Part shown: one piece after another, positions 15,868 through 25,123 of the stretch
How the letters are laid out: each line of letters begins with the position of its first letter
How positions within the stretch are numbered: position 1 is the stretch's first letter
Assembly: GCA_027492035.1 (NCBI GenBank)
Contig: JAOZFT010000018.1
Location: forward strand, 1 to 30,114
Origin: Thermoproteota archaeon
Lineage (GTDB): Archaea; Korarchaeota; JAOZGF01; JAOZFZ01
DNA length: 30,114 nucleotides
Reading direction: 5' to 3'
Translations under genes and position numbers: made by a program
Notes under the pieces: generated by a model
Databases searched by the model: none
The model's input: only the letters and a program-made list of their open reading frames with translations
Told to the model about the DNA's origin: nothing

Positions 15868-16761
15868 GTGCATAAAAAAGAAATGAACAATGAATTCCTG
15901 TTCATTACAAAAACAACTTCTCTCCCTTTCGATTATCCATTAGAAAACGCTGAAACAGTTATTTTGGGAGTTCCTTTTGATTCAACCACTTCATATAAGC
16001 CGGGTGCAAGGTTCGGCCCCTCAGCCATAAGGGGAGCCTACCCTGGAATTGAGGAATACCTTCTAGATTATGATTTCAACTTAAGAAAAGTTAAAATTAA
16101 AGACATAGGGGACGTAGAAGTCGTCCATGGAAACGCTTTAGAGACACTGAAAAGAACCGTTCAAACATTAACCACTTTAAGAAAAATAAACAAAAGAGTT
16201 TTCCCAGTTTTACTTGGAGGGGAGCACTTAATAAGTTATGCACCAGTAAAGGCTTTTAAACCTAAAAGTTTCATTGTTTTAGATGCACACCTTGACTTAA
16301 GAGACACTTTCTTAGGTGAAAAATGGAGCCATGCCTGTGTATCTAGAAGAATTCATGAGTTAAATGTTGAAGTAGCTGAGTTCGGAGTAAGGAGCGGGGT
16401 AAAGGAGGAAGTAGATTACGCAAGAAGAGAAGGTATAACTTATATCACCCCAAAAAACCTTACGCTTGAAAAAGTTAAGAAAACACTTGATGAATTAAGG
16501 GAACCAGTATATGTATCTTTGGACATTGACTGTTTAGACCCTTCAATTGCGCCAGCAACAGGAACTCCTGAACCCGGAGGCTTAAGTTTTCAGGATGTAA
16601 CATCCATCCTGGAAATAATTTTTAGAGAGAAAGAGGTAATCGGATTCGACATAGTAGAAGTCTCTTCCCAAACAATAGGAGACATAACATCTGTTATAGC
16701 GCTTAAAACATTATACCATGCTATAGCTTTGAAAAAATTCAAAGAAAAAAGCTTTACTTAA
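15868..16761 (+). CDS. speB: Agmatinase (ureohydrolase family)
   Basis: GVPFDSTTSYKPGARFGP, GGEH, DAHLD, SHA and SLDIDCLDPSIAPATGTPEPGG. Confidence 0.93.
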   Translation: MHKKEMNNEFLFITKTTSLPFDYPLENAETVILGVPFDSTTSYKPGARFGPSAIRGAYPGIEEYLLDYDFNLRKVKIKDIGDVEVVHGNALETLKRTVQTLTTLRKINKRVFPVLLGGEHLISYAPVKAFKPKSFIVLDAHLDLRDTFLGEKWSHACVSRRIHELNVEVAEFGVRSGVKEEVDYARREGITYITPKNLTLEKVKKTLDELREPVYVSLDIDCLDPSIAPATGTPEPGGLSFQDVTSILEIIFREKEVIGFDIVEVSSQTIGDITSVIALKTLYHAIALKKFKEKSFT

Positions 16762-16938
16762 CAAAATAAAGTAAAAACTTATTCCCTTTTTCAACCATTC
16801 ACTTTTTCTTACTGGAGTGAACAAGTTGTCGTGCATTTCCCTCATAAAAAGAGTTCAACTAGATAATCAATAGCTTTTTCAATTCTGGGAAAAAAAGTTT
16901 TAAGAGAGGTATGTGAAGAAGAATTTGAAACTAACAAT

Positions 16939-17514
16939 TTAAAGAGTTATTTGCTCCCCTGTATTTATCACTTTAGCGTTTAAACCTGCTTTTTCCATTT
17001 TACCAACTAATTCTAAGGCTACATCCATCTTTTTTTCAGGGGAATAATGAATCAAGTAAATAGTCTCTGCTTTACATTTCTGAGCTGCTTCAATTATTTC
17101 TTTATGGTAGGGTTTAAAAATTGGAAGAAAAACAATGTCTGTTTCCACTTCAGGGGTTTTGAATGAGTCCCCTAAGTGAAGAATTTTCTTTTTGTCATAT
17201 ATGAGGTAACCCACTGATTCTTTACTTTTCGAACAGAAACTTTCAACAACTTCAATGTTCCCTATTTTATTTCCTGGCTTAACTGGTTCAGCTAAATTTT
17301 CCAAGTTAAAAGCTTTTATTGCAGTTTCAGGAGCATAAAACCTAGCCTTTATTTCTTTAGCTTCTTCCCTGAAATGGTCAGGGTGTTCATGTGTAACCAA
17401 AACATAGTTTAGTTCTTTATTTGGCGGTATCAAATAATTTGGATCTATCAAAATTTTCTTTTTCCCAATTATTTCAACGCAAGCATTCCCTAACCATCTA
17501 ATTGTCAAACTCAC
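16939..17514 (-). CDS. MBL-fold metallo-hydrolase (UlaG-like/UPF0173)
   Basis: IRWLGNAC, ILIDP, THEHPDH, HLGDS and IHY. The start is probably GTG at 17514 after GGTGG; the ORF track gives 17523. Confidence 0.88.
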   Translation of the reverse strand: MSLTIRWLGNACVEIIGKKKILIDPNYLIPPNKELNYVLVTHEHPDHFREEAKEIKARFYAPETAIKAFNLENLAEPVKPGNKIGNIEVVESFCSKSKESVGYLIYDKKKILHLGDSFKTPEVETDIVFLPIFKPYHKEIIEAAQKCKAETIYLIHYSPEKKMDVALELVGKMEKAGLNAKVINTGEQITL

Positions 17515-17829
17515 AAAAACCACCCACCATGCCGTCTCTTTAAGCCCCTACTTACCAAGTCTCTTCTCCTTGTTAACAAGTAAATTTATTGTTTAAAAAA
17601 TTGAAATGTGTTTTGCAAAAGAAATTTTTAGGAACAAGTTTTTCCAGGTTAAAACGAGTCTCCGATGTTTAAAAACTAATTTGGCAAAGAAAATAGGAGT
17701 TATGGGGAGAGTTTTTAATTAATTTTGGTTAAATTGTAACGTACAGGAGAAGCTTGTTTTCGTTAAGGAATTTATTTAGAAGACTCCCCCTTTAGCTATT
17801 TTTAAAGGTGGAAAATGCAGGATTTTTAA

Positions 17830-18264
17830 TCATTCTTGGAAGGTGCTGCAAAGTTTTTCCCGTGACAGGGAGTACCCAACCAGTATTAAAGCAAAGTTGA
17901 TTAAATAAAACGGCAAAGCAGTTAAGTAAACATATTTGAGGTAAGATGAAAGGTCTAAATTTATTTTTAAGGGCCCTATTTTGATTAAAGTGGTTGATTC
18001 AGGAATTGTGAATGTGTAGCTTATGGGCGGAATTTTTATAGGTATCTTCATCCCTCCAAAAGTTTCTACGTTCACTGTCCCAAAGTCAAGTGTTAAAGGA
18101 ATTTCCTGTTTTGGAAGAGTTACAGGTACCTCTTTTTCTCCTATTTCAACCGGGAAATTTGAAAATACTTTGTTTAAGTAAAGAAGGCCCCCTGTCAGGA
18201 ACAAAATGTTTAAGGTACCTATTACTAAAACTAGCCAACCAACAAAATTTTTTCTTTTTCTCAT
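17830..18264 (-). CDS. Hypothetical membrane protein (two terminal TM helices flanking a Pro/Ile/Thr-rich beta-type segment)
   Basis: Hydrophobic N- and C-terminal helices; AGGTG RBS upstream. Confidence 0.65.
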   Translation of the reverse strand: MRKRKNFVGWLVLVIGTLNILFLTGGLLYLNKVFSNFPVEIGEKEVPVTLPKQEIPLTLDFGTVNVETFGGMKIPIKIPPISYTFTIPESTTLIKIGPLKINLDLSSYLKYVYLTALPFYLINFALILVGYSLSREKLCSTFQE

Positions 18265-18408
18265 TTATACACACCTGTAAACATAGAAAATTTCTTTCCT
18301 GAAAAACTGAAAGAATCTGTAAACTTTAAATATTTTCTTCCACATCTACACTTCCTCAACTTTTTACTGAACCTAAAGTAAAAGAAGTAAAAGGAAAGGA
18401 GATTAAGT

Positions 18409-19431
18409 ATGGTAGCTGCAAAGAATTTAAAAATTTTATTTGCCACTTTCCTGGTGTCACTGTTTCTGATTCAAGTAACAGCATCTTATCAACAAGAAAC
18501 TCCCCCTGCAGGCAACAAGAAAATTACTATGACACTTCATGGCCAAAGACAGGTTGCATGGATCTATTTAACTTTTCCCTCCAAGTATGAAGGAAAAAAC
18601 TTGGAGGTTTTAACTGATTCGAAAGGGCACAAAATAGTTGTCCAGCTTTGGAAGGGAATAATACCTGAAGAAGATTTCAACAACAGTTTATCTGAAACTT
18701 ACAAGGGAGTATTGGTGGCATCTTCTCCCCAAAAAGAATTCTGCAGCGAAATAAATCCAGTCCTAAACTGGGAAATAAAAGAGGGGTTTTACACTCTTGT
18801 CTTCATTCATTGGCCAAATGAAAGCGTTGGAGAGAAAATTTTCTGCGGATGCAAAAACTATAACCCAATAGAGATGGAGTACACAATCAATTACGGGGCA
18901 ACAATTTATGGACTGCTTTCTGTGAAAGAAGCAAAACTTATCTACGGTGTTAAGGGAGCTAACAAAGATGACGAAGCAATAAATTTACTTGACGAAAAAT
19001 TACCTATAAAAAGCATTTACCCTGACAATGCACCGGCAATAATTAGTGGCGACAACGTAGTTGTGGTAGGCGGGCCCATAGCTAACATTGTTTCGGAGGA
19101 AATAAACTACGACATGAAAGTTAAGTTTAAAAAGAAAAGCTTCGGTATAGAACTCTGGATTCCAAGTTACAAGTTCACTTTCTACTGGGAAGACTTTGGA
19201 AAAAAAGATTACGGCCTAATAACAGCTGCAACGTTTAAAGACAAAACATACTGGACTTTCCAGGGATGCAGTAGATATGGCACTTTAGCAGCAGTTATAT
19301 ACTTCCTTCAACACCCAAGCCGCCTGAGAGATAAATCAATGGCTGTAGTGGAATGGATTGACAGAAACCATGACGGAAAAGTTTCTTACCAGTATGAAAT
19401 CGAGTTAAGATGCACCTTAACAGCCAAATAA
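18409..19431 (+). CDS. Secreted/surface protein with C-terminal S-layer-type domain
   Basis: N-terminal signal peptide, NVVVVGGPIAN and G-x-SRYGTLAA motifs typical of archaeal S-layer-associated domains, and a DRNHDGKV Dx[DN]xDG Ca-binding-like loop. Confidence 0.7.
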   Translation: MVAAKNLKILFATFLVSLFLIQVTASYQQETPPAGNKKITMTLHGQRQVAWIYLTFPSKYEGKNLEVLTDSKGHKIVVQLWKGIIPEEDFNNSLSETYKGVLVASSPQKEFCSEINPVLNWEIKEGFYTLVFIHWPNESVGEKIFCGCKNYNPIEMEYTINYGATIYGLLSVKEAKLIYGVKGANKDDEAINLLDEKLPIKSIYPDNAPAIISGDNVVVVGGPIANIVSEEINYDMKVKFKKKSFGIELWIPSYKFTFYWEDFGKKDYGLITAATFKDKTYWTFQGCSRYGTLAAVIYFLQHPSRLRDKSMAVVEWIDRNHDGKVSYQYEIELRCTLTAK

Positions 19432-19470
19432 ATCCCTTTAAACCTTTTCGAAACAGGAAAATAAAAAAAA

Positions 19471-20637
19471 TTATAACTTATTCAAAACTTCCTGAGCAGC
19501 TTCTAAGCCTTGACCCAAGGTTACTTTGTACCCATTCTTGAAAAGAACTCTTTCTACAGCTGATATTGTCGCTATTATGTCGGATGAATTTACATTCCCC
19601 ATGTGCCCAACTCTAAAGGTTTTCTTTTTAAGAGGACCCAGCCCCCCTGCAACAACCACTCCCTCCTTCAACATTCCATATCGAAAAGCGTTATCTTCTA
19701 CTTCTACAGGGTAATAAACCGCGGTGACTGTGTTAGCTGCATAATCCTCTTTAAGTGGGACTATTTCTAAACCAACAGCCTTAATAGCTTCTCTGAAAGC
19801 CTTAGCGATTAAGGCATGTCTTCTAAATCTCTTTTCCAACCCTTCCTTCAATATCTCAGTTAAACTAGTTTTTAATGCATAAATCAAGTTAATAGGTGGA
19901 GTGGCGAAATAAAACACTTTCCTGTTTATGTAAGAGTTCATGACATTTCTCCAGTTCTGAATATCTAAAAAGTAGGAGTCTACAGGATTTCTCCTTTCCT
20001 GATGAATTTCAACAGCTTTCCTAGAAAAAGCTACAAGTGCAAGCCCTGGAGGAACACTTATTGCTTTCTGAGAAGCAGTTAACAACACATCTATTCCCCA
20101 ACTCTCCATCCTTTCTTCTTCTCCACCTGTAGCACAAACCCCATCTACAATAAAAACAGCATTGGTTTTCTTAATAATTCTTCCAAACTCTTTCACAGGT
20201 GCTTTAACGCTTGTACTTGTATCTACGTGAGTTACTGTCACTGCTTTATACTCCTTCTCCTCCAATTTATTTTTGGCCACCTCTGTTGATATGCAATCCC
20301 CAAATTTCTTAACTTCTTGATAATCTACTTTCAACCTATGCCGTAAACATATTTCCTTAAACCTTTCACCAAACATTCCATTTGAAAGAATTAAAACTTC
20401 ATCACCAGGTTCACACACGTTTACTAAAGCCATTTCCATAGCAAGTGTCCCACTTCCGGCAACAACAAAAACCTCTCCATTTTCAATCATAAAAACTTGC
20501 TTTAACTTCCTTAAAGAATCACCGAAAATTTCTATAAACTCTGAACTACCATGAGACATGACAGGTTTACTCATTTCTTTAAGAACAGAGGAGTTGCACA
20601 TAACAGGACCAGGAATCATTAAGAGCTCTCTTTCCAA
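19471..20637 (-). CDS. Class V PLP aminotransferase (alanine-glyoxylate/serine-pyruvate type)
   Basis: LLMIPGP, GSGTLAME, THVDTSTS, VDGV, TASQKA (PLP lysine) and FRVGHMG. Confidence 0.93.
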   Translation of the reverse strand: MERELLMIPGPVMCNSSVLKEMSKPVMSHGSSEFIEIFGDSLRKLKQVFMIENGEVFVVAGSGTLAMEMALVNVCEPGDEVLILSNGMFGERFKEICLRHRLKVDYQEVKKFGDCISTEVAKNKLEEKEYKAVTVTHVDTSTSVKAPVKEFGRIIKKTNAVFIVDGVCATGGEEERMESWGIDVLLTASQKAISVPPGLALVAFSRKAVEIHQERRNPVDSYFLDIQNWRNVMNSYINRKVFYFATPPINLIYALKTSLTEILKEGLEKRFRRHALIAKAFREAIKAVGLEIVPLKEDYAANTVTAVYYPVEVEDNAFRYGMLKEGVVVAGGLGPLKKKTFRVGHMGNVNSSDIIATISAVERVLFKNGYKVTLGQGLEAAQEVLNKL

Positions 20638-21027
20638 AGCCTTTCACCAAAAAATTAATTGCTTTAAAAAAAGGGAGCTATGTCTACCTTTAAAAATTTA
20701 TTTTTTCTCACTATTACGAAAATACGGGGTTCTCAATTGTCGAATACGCTGTTCCGATTCTAGTAGCTTCCCTACTAATAAGCAATAGAACTATTATTAA
20801 GAAAGAAAGTATGATATACCTTCACTTTTGTTCACAGGTTTACTTTTTTACATTTCCTTAGTTGTAGTAAATGTTTATTGAATTATTACGTATGAAAAGG
20901 AAGAGAAACAAGTAGTAATATCATAACAAAAAATAATATATTCGTTTCTATAGCATTATTCTTATATACTATTTTTTTATTTCATTGTAATTAAAATTTA
21001 AAAAATTAGGAAAAAATTAACAACTAA

Positions 21028-21470
21028 CTAGTGAAGCATAACAATTATTCCTGGATCTTTTAAATCAAAACAGTAAACCTTTTTACCTTCAAACTCTTTC
21101 ACGCGCTTGGAGAAACTTTTTGCAAAAACAGCAAAAATTTCTTTGCGCTCTCTATCGCGCCAATGTACATAATTAGATTTTTCCACTAAAGTTTTAACTA
21201 CTTTTTCTGCATTTACTCTGCTTTGCCATTTACATTCTCCAAATAAAATTTCTTTCGTTTTTCATTCAAAGTTACTAGGTCTATCTCCTCATCCTTATGC
21301 CATCATCTGCCTACTTTTGTGAAATTAAAGAATCTTATTCTTTTTTCCTTTATCAGCCTTGAAATAAATTCTTCGAAAATTTTTCCTAAATAGGAATTAA
21401 AATTTTTTGAAAGTTTTTATAGCCCCATATTTACTGTACGACTCTATTTCTGATTGAAACCCTGAAACAA
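21028..21470 (-). pseudogene. Decayed 3' fragment of an archaeal ATPase-DUF234 / PD-(D/E)XK nuclease gene
   Basis: Manual translation gives ...NFNSYLGKIFEEFI...FTKVGR*WHKDEEIDLVTLNEK/KEILFGECKWQS...YVHW...FAVFAKSFS...CFDLKD. There is a TGA at 21303-21305 where GRWW is expected, and frameshifts in A runs near 21260 and 21405. Confidence 0.85.
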
Positions 21471-21582
21471 TTTAACTCTGAAAGAAGCTGATTCATTAAA
21501 CATATACTTTATCTCCAACAAAGGTTAAATTTAAACCCAAAAAAAGGGGTGGTGAAGTTTAATGTGTCAAAATTTTTTTCCT

Positions 21583-23412
21583 TTACTTAACCATTTTGGA
21601 GAATTTACTTAAACCAAGTTTCTTCAGTTTCTCTTTTGTGGGAACCCCCTCCTCGTCCCATCCTCTCAATTGGTAATATTCCATAAGCATTTTTTCGAAG
21701 TCTTCTTTAGACACTGTTTTTCCTTTAGCAGGCCCTGAAGGTAATGGATCCTTCATCATTCTCTCCGGTAAGTAGTCATTTTTCTTTCTAAACCCTTCAC
21801 GTACATTAAAAACCCTTACAAGGTTCCATATTTTCTCTCCTATTCTTTCAAACTCTGACAGATTCACTTCCTTGCCTGTAACTAACTGATAAAATTTATG
21901 CATGGTTTCAACTGTTACTGGGTAAAAATCACAAAATATCATGCTAAACTTTAAACTGTTTTGATTTTGTTGATCTATAACAAGTTTGGCTTTACCTTCA
22001 GTGGTGAATGGGTTCAGGTCTCCAAAGGCTTCTTCACCAACAGGCCAGGCCCTCATGTGGCATGCTCCCCTATCCGAAGTTGCATATGCTAAAGCCATGC
22101 CTATTGATCCTCTAGGGTCATATCCTGGATACTCTAAACCTTTCACTTCCAAAGCAAACCTTCTAACTCTACCGCCTAATTTGTTAACCATTCCCCGTAC
22201 CCCTTCAGCAAGTAAGTTTCCTGCACCCTCCCTATAAGCTGTTTTCTCAAGTAATTTAATGTAATTATCAACATTTCCGAAACCAGGTTCTATATTGTCA
22301 AGGTCTTCTTTTCTCAAGTACCCCCTTAAATATAATTCAGTAGTGAAAGCTAGAACGTTCCCTGAGGAAATTGTGTCTAATCCCAGATTGTCACAGAGGT
22401 CGTTAAGTTTAATTATGCTTCCGAGGTCGCCTATTCCTAAGTTTGAACCCATTAAAGCTATTGTTTCATACTCCGGTCCTTCAATTGTTAAGCCCTTAAA
22501 TTTACCTTCTCTTACTTCAGCAACGTTTCTACAGCCTATTGGACATTTAAAACAGTTCACTTTCTTAACTAAATACTTTTCCTTTAGCGTATCAGCGTTT
22601 ATGTTTTTGGCTTCTTCGAACACTCCAAATTGGAAATTGTTGGTTGGAAGTAGCCCTTCTTCATTAGACATGTCCACTATTGAGGGGGTTCCGTCTGTTC
22701 TGGCCCAGTCTACGTCGGGGTTTTCCATTATATCCCTCTTCACTACTTCTTTATAAAATTTTTTGTACTCTTCAGGCTTAGCTATCTCTACTTCCCCTTC
22801 CCCTTTAACAGCCACTGCTTTAAGGTTTTTTGAACCCATTACAGCTCCTGGTCCACCTCTGGACAAGTTATGGTGAAGTTCACTGGTTATGCAGGCAAAT
22901 TTAACAAGTTTCTCACCAGCAGGTCCTATACAAGCCACTTTAAAATCTTTTCCCTCCATTTTCTGAATACCTTCAGTTGTTTCGTAAACTCCTTTCCCTT
23001 TAAATTGTGAAGCATCCTTTAACTGGATTTCCTCGTTTCTTATTTCCAAATAAACAAGTTTTTCAGATTTTCCTTTGATGATTATGCCGTCGTAGCCTGC
23101 GAATTTCAGGTCAGCCATGAAGGTTCCGCCAGCGTAACAATCCAGGAAAGTGTTTGTGGCTGGAGATTTTGTTACAACCGTATATTTAGCTGAGGCAGGT
23201 GCGTTGGTTCCGGTTATGGGTCCAGTCATGAAAATCAAGATATTCTCTGGAGATAGAGGATTAACGCCAGGTTTCAATTCTTCTAAAAGATATCTTGCAG
23301 CTAACCCTTTCCCTCCAATGTACTCCTCGGCAAAATCCATGCGTAAAGGCTCCTCTGTGATTTTTTCATTTGTTAAATCAACCTTTAACATTTTGCCTTT
23401 ATACCCGTACAT
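21583..23412 (-). CDS. aor: Aldehyde:ferredoxin oxidoreductase (tungstopterin AOR family)
   Basis: MYGYKGKMLKVDLT, IGGKGL, KSPAT, GAVMGSKNLKA, CFKCPIGC, EGPEYET, LGLDTIS, SDRGACH and EYYQLRGWD. Confidence 0.95.
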   Translation of the reverse strand: MYGYKGKMLKVDLTNEKITEEPLRMDFAEEYIGGKGLAARYLLEELKPGVNPLSPENILIFMTGPITGTNAPASAKYTVVTKSPATNTFLDCYAGGTFMADLKFAGYDGIIIKGKSEKLVYLEIRNEEIQLKDASQFKGKGVYETTEGIQKMEGKDFKVACIGPAGEKLVKFACITSELHHNLSRGGPGAVMGSKNLKAVAVKGEGEVEIAKPEEYKKFYKEVVKRDIMENPDVDWARTDGTPSIVDMSNEEGLLPTNNFQFGVFEEAKNINADTLKEKYLVKKVNCFKCPIGCRNVAEVREGKFKGLTIEGPEYETIALMGSNLGIGDLGSIIKLNDLCDNLGLDTISSGNVLAFTTELYLRGYLRKEDLDNIEPGFGNVDNYIKLLEKTAYREGAGNLLAEGVRGMVNKLGGRVRRFALEVKGLEYPGYDPRGSIGMALAYATSDRGACHMRAWPVGEEAFGDLNPFTTEGKAKLVIDQQNQNSLKFSMIFCDFYPVTVETMHKFYQLVTGKEVNLSEFERIGEKIWNLVRVFNVREGFRKKNDYLPERMMKDPLPSGPAKGKTVSKEDFEKMLMEYYQLRGWDEEGVPTKEKLKKLGLSKFSKMVK

Positions 23413-23579
23413 TTCAGCATCACTCCTTCCGAAAAATTTTCTTTTCAGGAACGTTTTTTTAGGAAAAAGTTGGGCTTAAACTTCCAAGAAGTGTGAATAA
23501 CTTAAAAAATTTATTGGAGTTTTATGTTGCTGAATAGGGTGTAAATGTGTCTAGTTTCTCCGGGTTTAAGGAAGGGTAG

Positions 23580-24068
23580 CTATTTAATATGTTTTATAAC
23601 AAAAAGACATTTTTCGTCTCCTTTAGTTAAGCATTCCTTCTCTTCAACCACTACTTTCCCTTCAACGCCTGCGTTTTTCATTACTTGAGTGAAGAAAGTC
23701 TCTATTACACCCCTGATGAAACCGCAGAAAACAACGTCTGTTTTGAAATTGAAAGCTAAGGGGTTATTGTATACCCTCAAAATATATTGTTCAGCATCAG
23801 GTTTCCAAACAATCTGAGGAAATGAACCTGTTGCAAGTTCATATTTCACAAAGTTCAGTAAATGGTTAGAGATTTTGTTCCACTCCTTTGGCAAATTTAC
23901 TTCAGCGGATTTCGTAGTTTCCTGTAACTCCTTAAACAACTTTACTCCGTATTTCCTTCCCACAAGGTAAAGAACTTCGTAAGTTTTGTTTTCCCCAAGT
24001 AAATTAACAAACATATAAACCATATCATTAACTATTCCCTTCTCCAGGTTTAAATCAGTTGAAAACAT
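23580..24068 (-). CDS. V4R (4-vinyl reductase)-domain protein
   Basis: LYLVGRKYG and FCGFIRGVIE...VEEKECLTKGDEKCLF (V4R Cys/Glu metal motif). Confidence 0.85.
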   Translation of the reverse strand: MFSTDLNLEKGIVNDMVYMFVNLLGENKTYEVLYLVGRKYGVKLFKELQETTKSAEVNLPKEWNKISNHLLNFVKYELATGSFPQIVWKPDAEQYILRVYNNPLAFNFKTDVVFCGFIRGVIETFFTQVMKNAGVEGKVVVEEKECLTKGDEKCLFVIKHIK

Positions 24069-24201
24069 TGCATTATTACCTCTGAAAAAAGGGTAAAATA
24101 TTATTTCAAGTTCTTTATTTTTTAAACTGAAAACAATTTTAAATGTTTATTTTTTTCAAATTATTTTAACTGTTGCTATTTCTTCTTACTTAATTACCTA
24201 A

Positions 24202-24870
24202 TTAAGTTAATAAATCAGGTTTATTAGTAACTAAACCATCTACTCCCAGTTTTTTCAGGTTTAGAGCTATTTCCAAGTCGTCAACTGTCCACGGAACAAC
24301 TTTTACTTTTTCAGAATGGCATTTTTCAACTATTTCTAAATCAACGTACTTATGTTTTTGAAACAAGTAATTTGCACCACTTTCCAAAGCTATCTTGTGC
24401 GGTTTCAAAGGCTTACAAGAGATTATAACCCCAAGATCCACCTTTTCACAAACGTTTCTGATTTTCTTTATGGAAGGGTGGAGGAAGGAGGTTATGATGC
24501 AACGTTTCAGAAAACCTGTTTCTTCAAGCAAGTTTAAAACTTCCTCCTCTATCCCTTCAACCTTTATTTCAATCACTAAGTTAGTTTTTTTCTTTTTCAA
24601 GTAATTTATTACCTCCTTCAAGGTAGGTATCCTTTCATTCCCCTTAACTCTCAATTTCTTAACTTCTTCCAAAGTTAAATTTTCAACTTTCCCTTTACCT
24701 CCAGTTACTCTGCCAACAGTTTCATCATGTAAAAGGATCAGTTCTCCATCTTTAGTTCTTCTTAAGTCTACTTCAACATACTCTGCTTTAAGTTCAACAG
24801 CCTTTTTTATACTTTCCAAGGTGTTTTCAGGTTTATAAGCTGATGCCCCTCTATGAGCCACAATAAACAA
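24202..24870 (-). CDS. Glycerophosphodiester phosphodiesterase (GDPD)
   Basis: AHRGAS...PENT, EVDLRRTKDG...HD, IPTLKE, IEIK, WTVD and GVDGLVTNKP. Confidence 0.95.
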   Translation of the reverse strand: MFIVAHRGASAYKPENTLESIKKAVELKAEYVEVDLRRTKDGELILLHDETVGRVTGGKGKVENLTLEEVKKLRVKGNERIPTLKEVINYLKKKKTNLVIEIKVEGIEEEVLNLLEETGFLKRCIITSFLHPSIKKIRNVCEKVDLGVIISCKPLKPHKIALESGANYLFQKHKYVDLEIVEKCHSEKVKVVPWTVDDLEIALNLKKLGVDGLVTNKPDLLT

Positions 24871-25123
24871 GGTTTTAACCCCTCACCCTGTTAAACCTTT
24901 ACTTCAATAAGCCTTCACAATATAAACCATTTCCTTAAATCGTGCTTCTATAACGCTCTGATAACTTTTCTAACAAGTTTAAACAATAAATTTAAAATTA
25001 TAAATAGTTTTGCCTTTAAAACCTTCAAAACACCTGGTAACTGCAGGTTACTCTTAAAAACTTCAGTGCTCATTCAAAATAATGGCTGCAATTTATTTAG
25101 GGTTTAGAGAAGGGGAGGAAGGA

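Noticed and set aside
18261-18446. 61-aa minus-strand ORF with ATGA overlap into 17830-18264
   Set aside because: It spans a divergent promoter region and overlaps the start of the 18409 gene head-to-head; its Phe/Lys-rich composition reflects AT-rich DNA.
21303-21305. In-frame TGA considered as selenocysteine or Trp recoding
   Set aside because: It sits at a Trp position in a fragment that also has frameshifts and no 5' part, and TGA is a normal stop in other genes here, so it is simple decay.
3006-23479. Antisense or shadow ORFs from the track (3006, 4257, 4951, 6046, 6349, 7332, 7415, 9143, 10689, 13488, 14982, 15052, 18090, 19526, 20558, 21986, 22295, 23150)
   Set aside because: They lie within or opposite well-supported genes, lack RBS and motifs, and have the composition expected of reverse-frame shadows.
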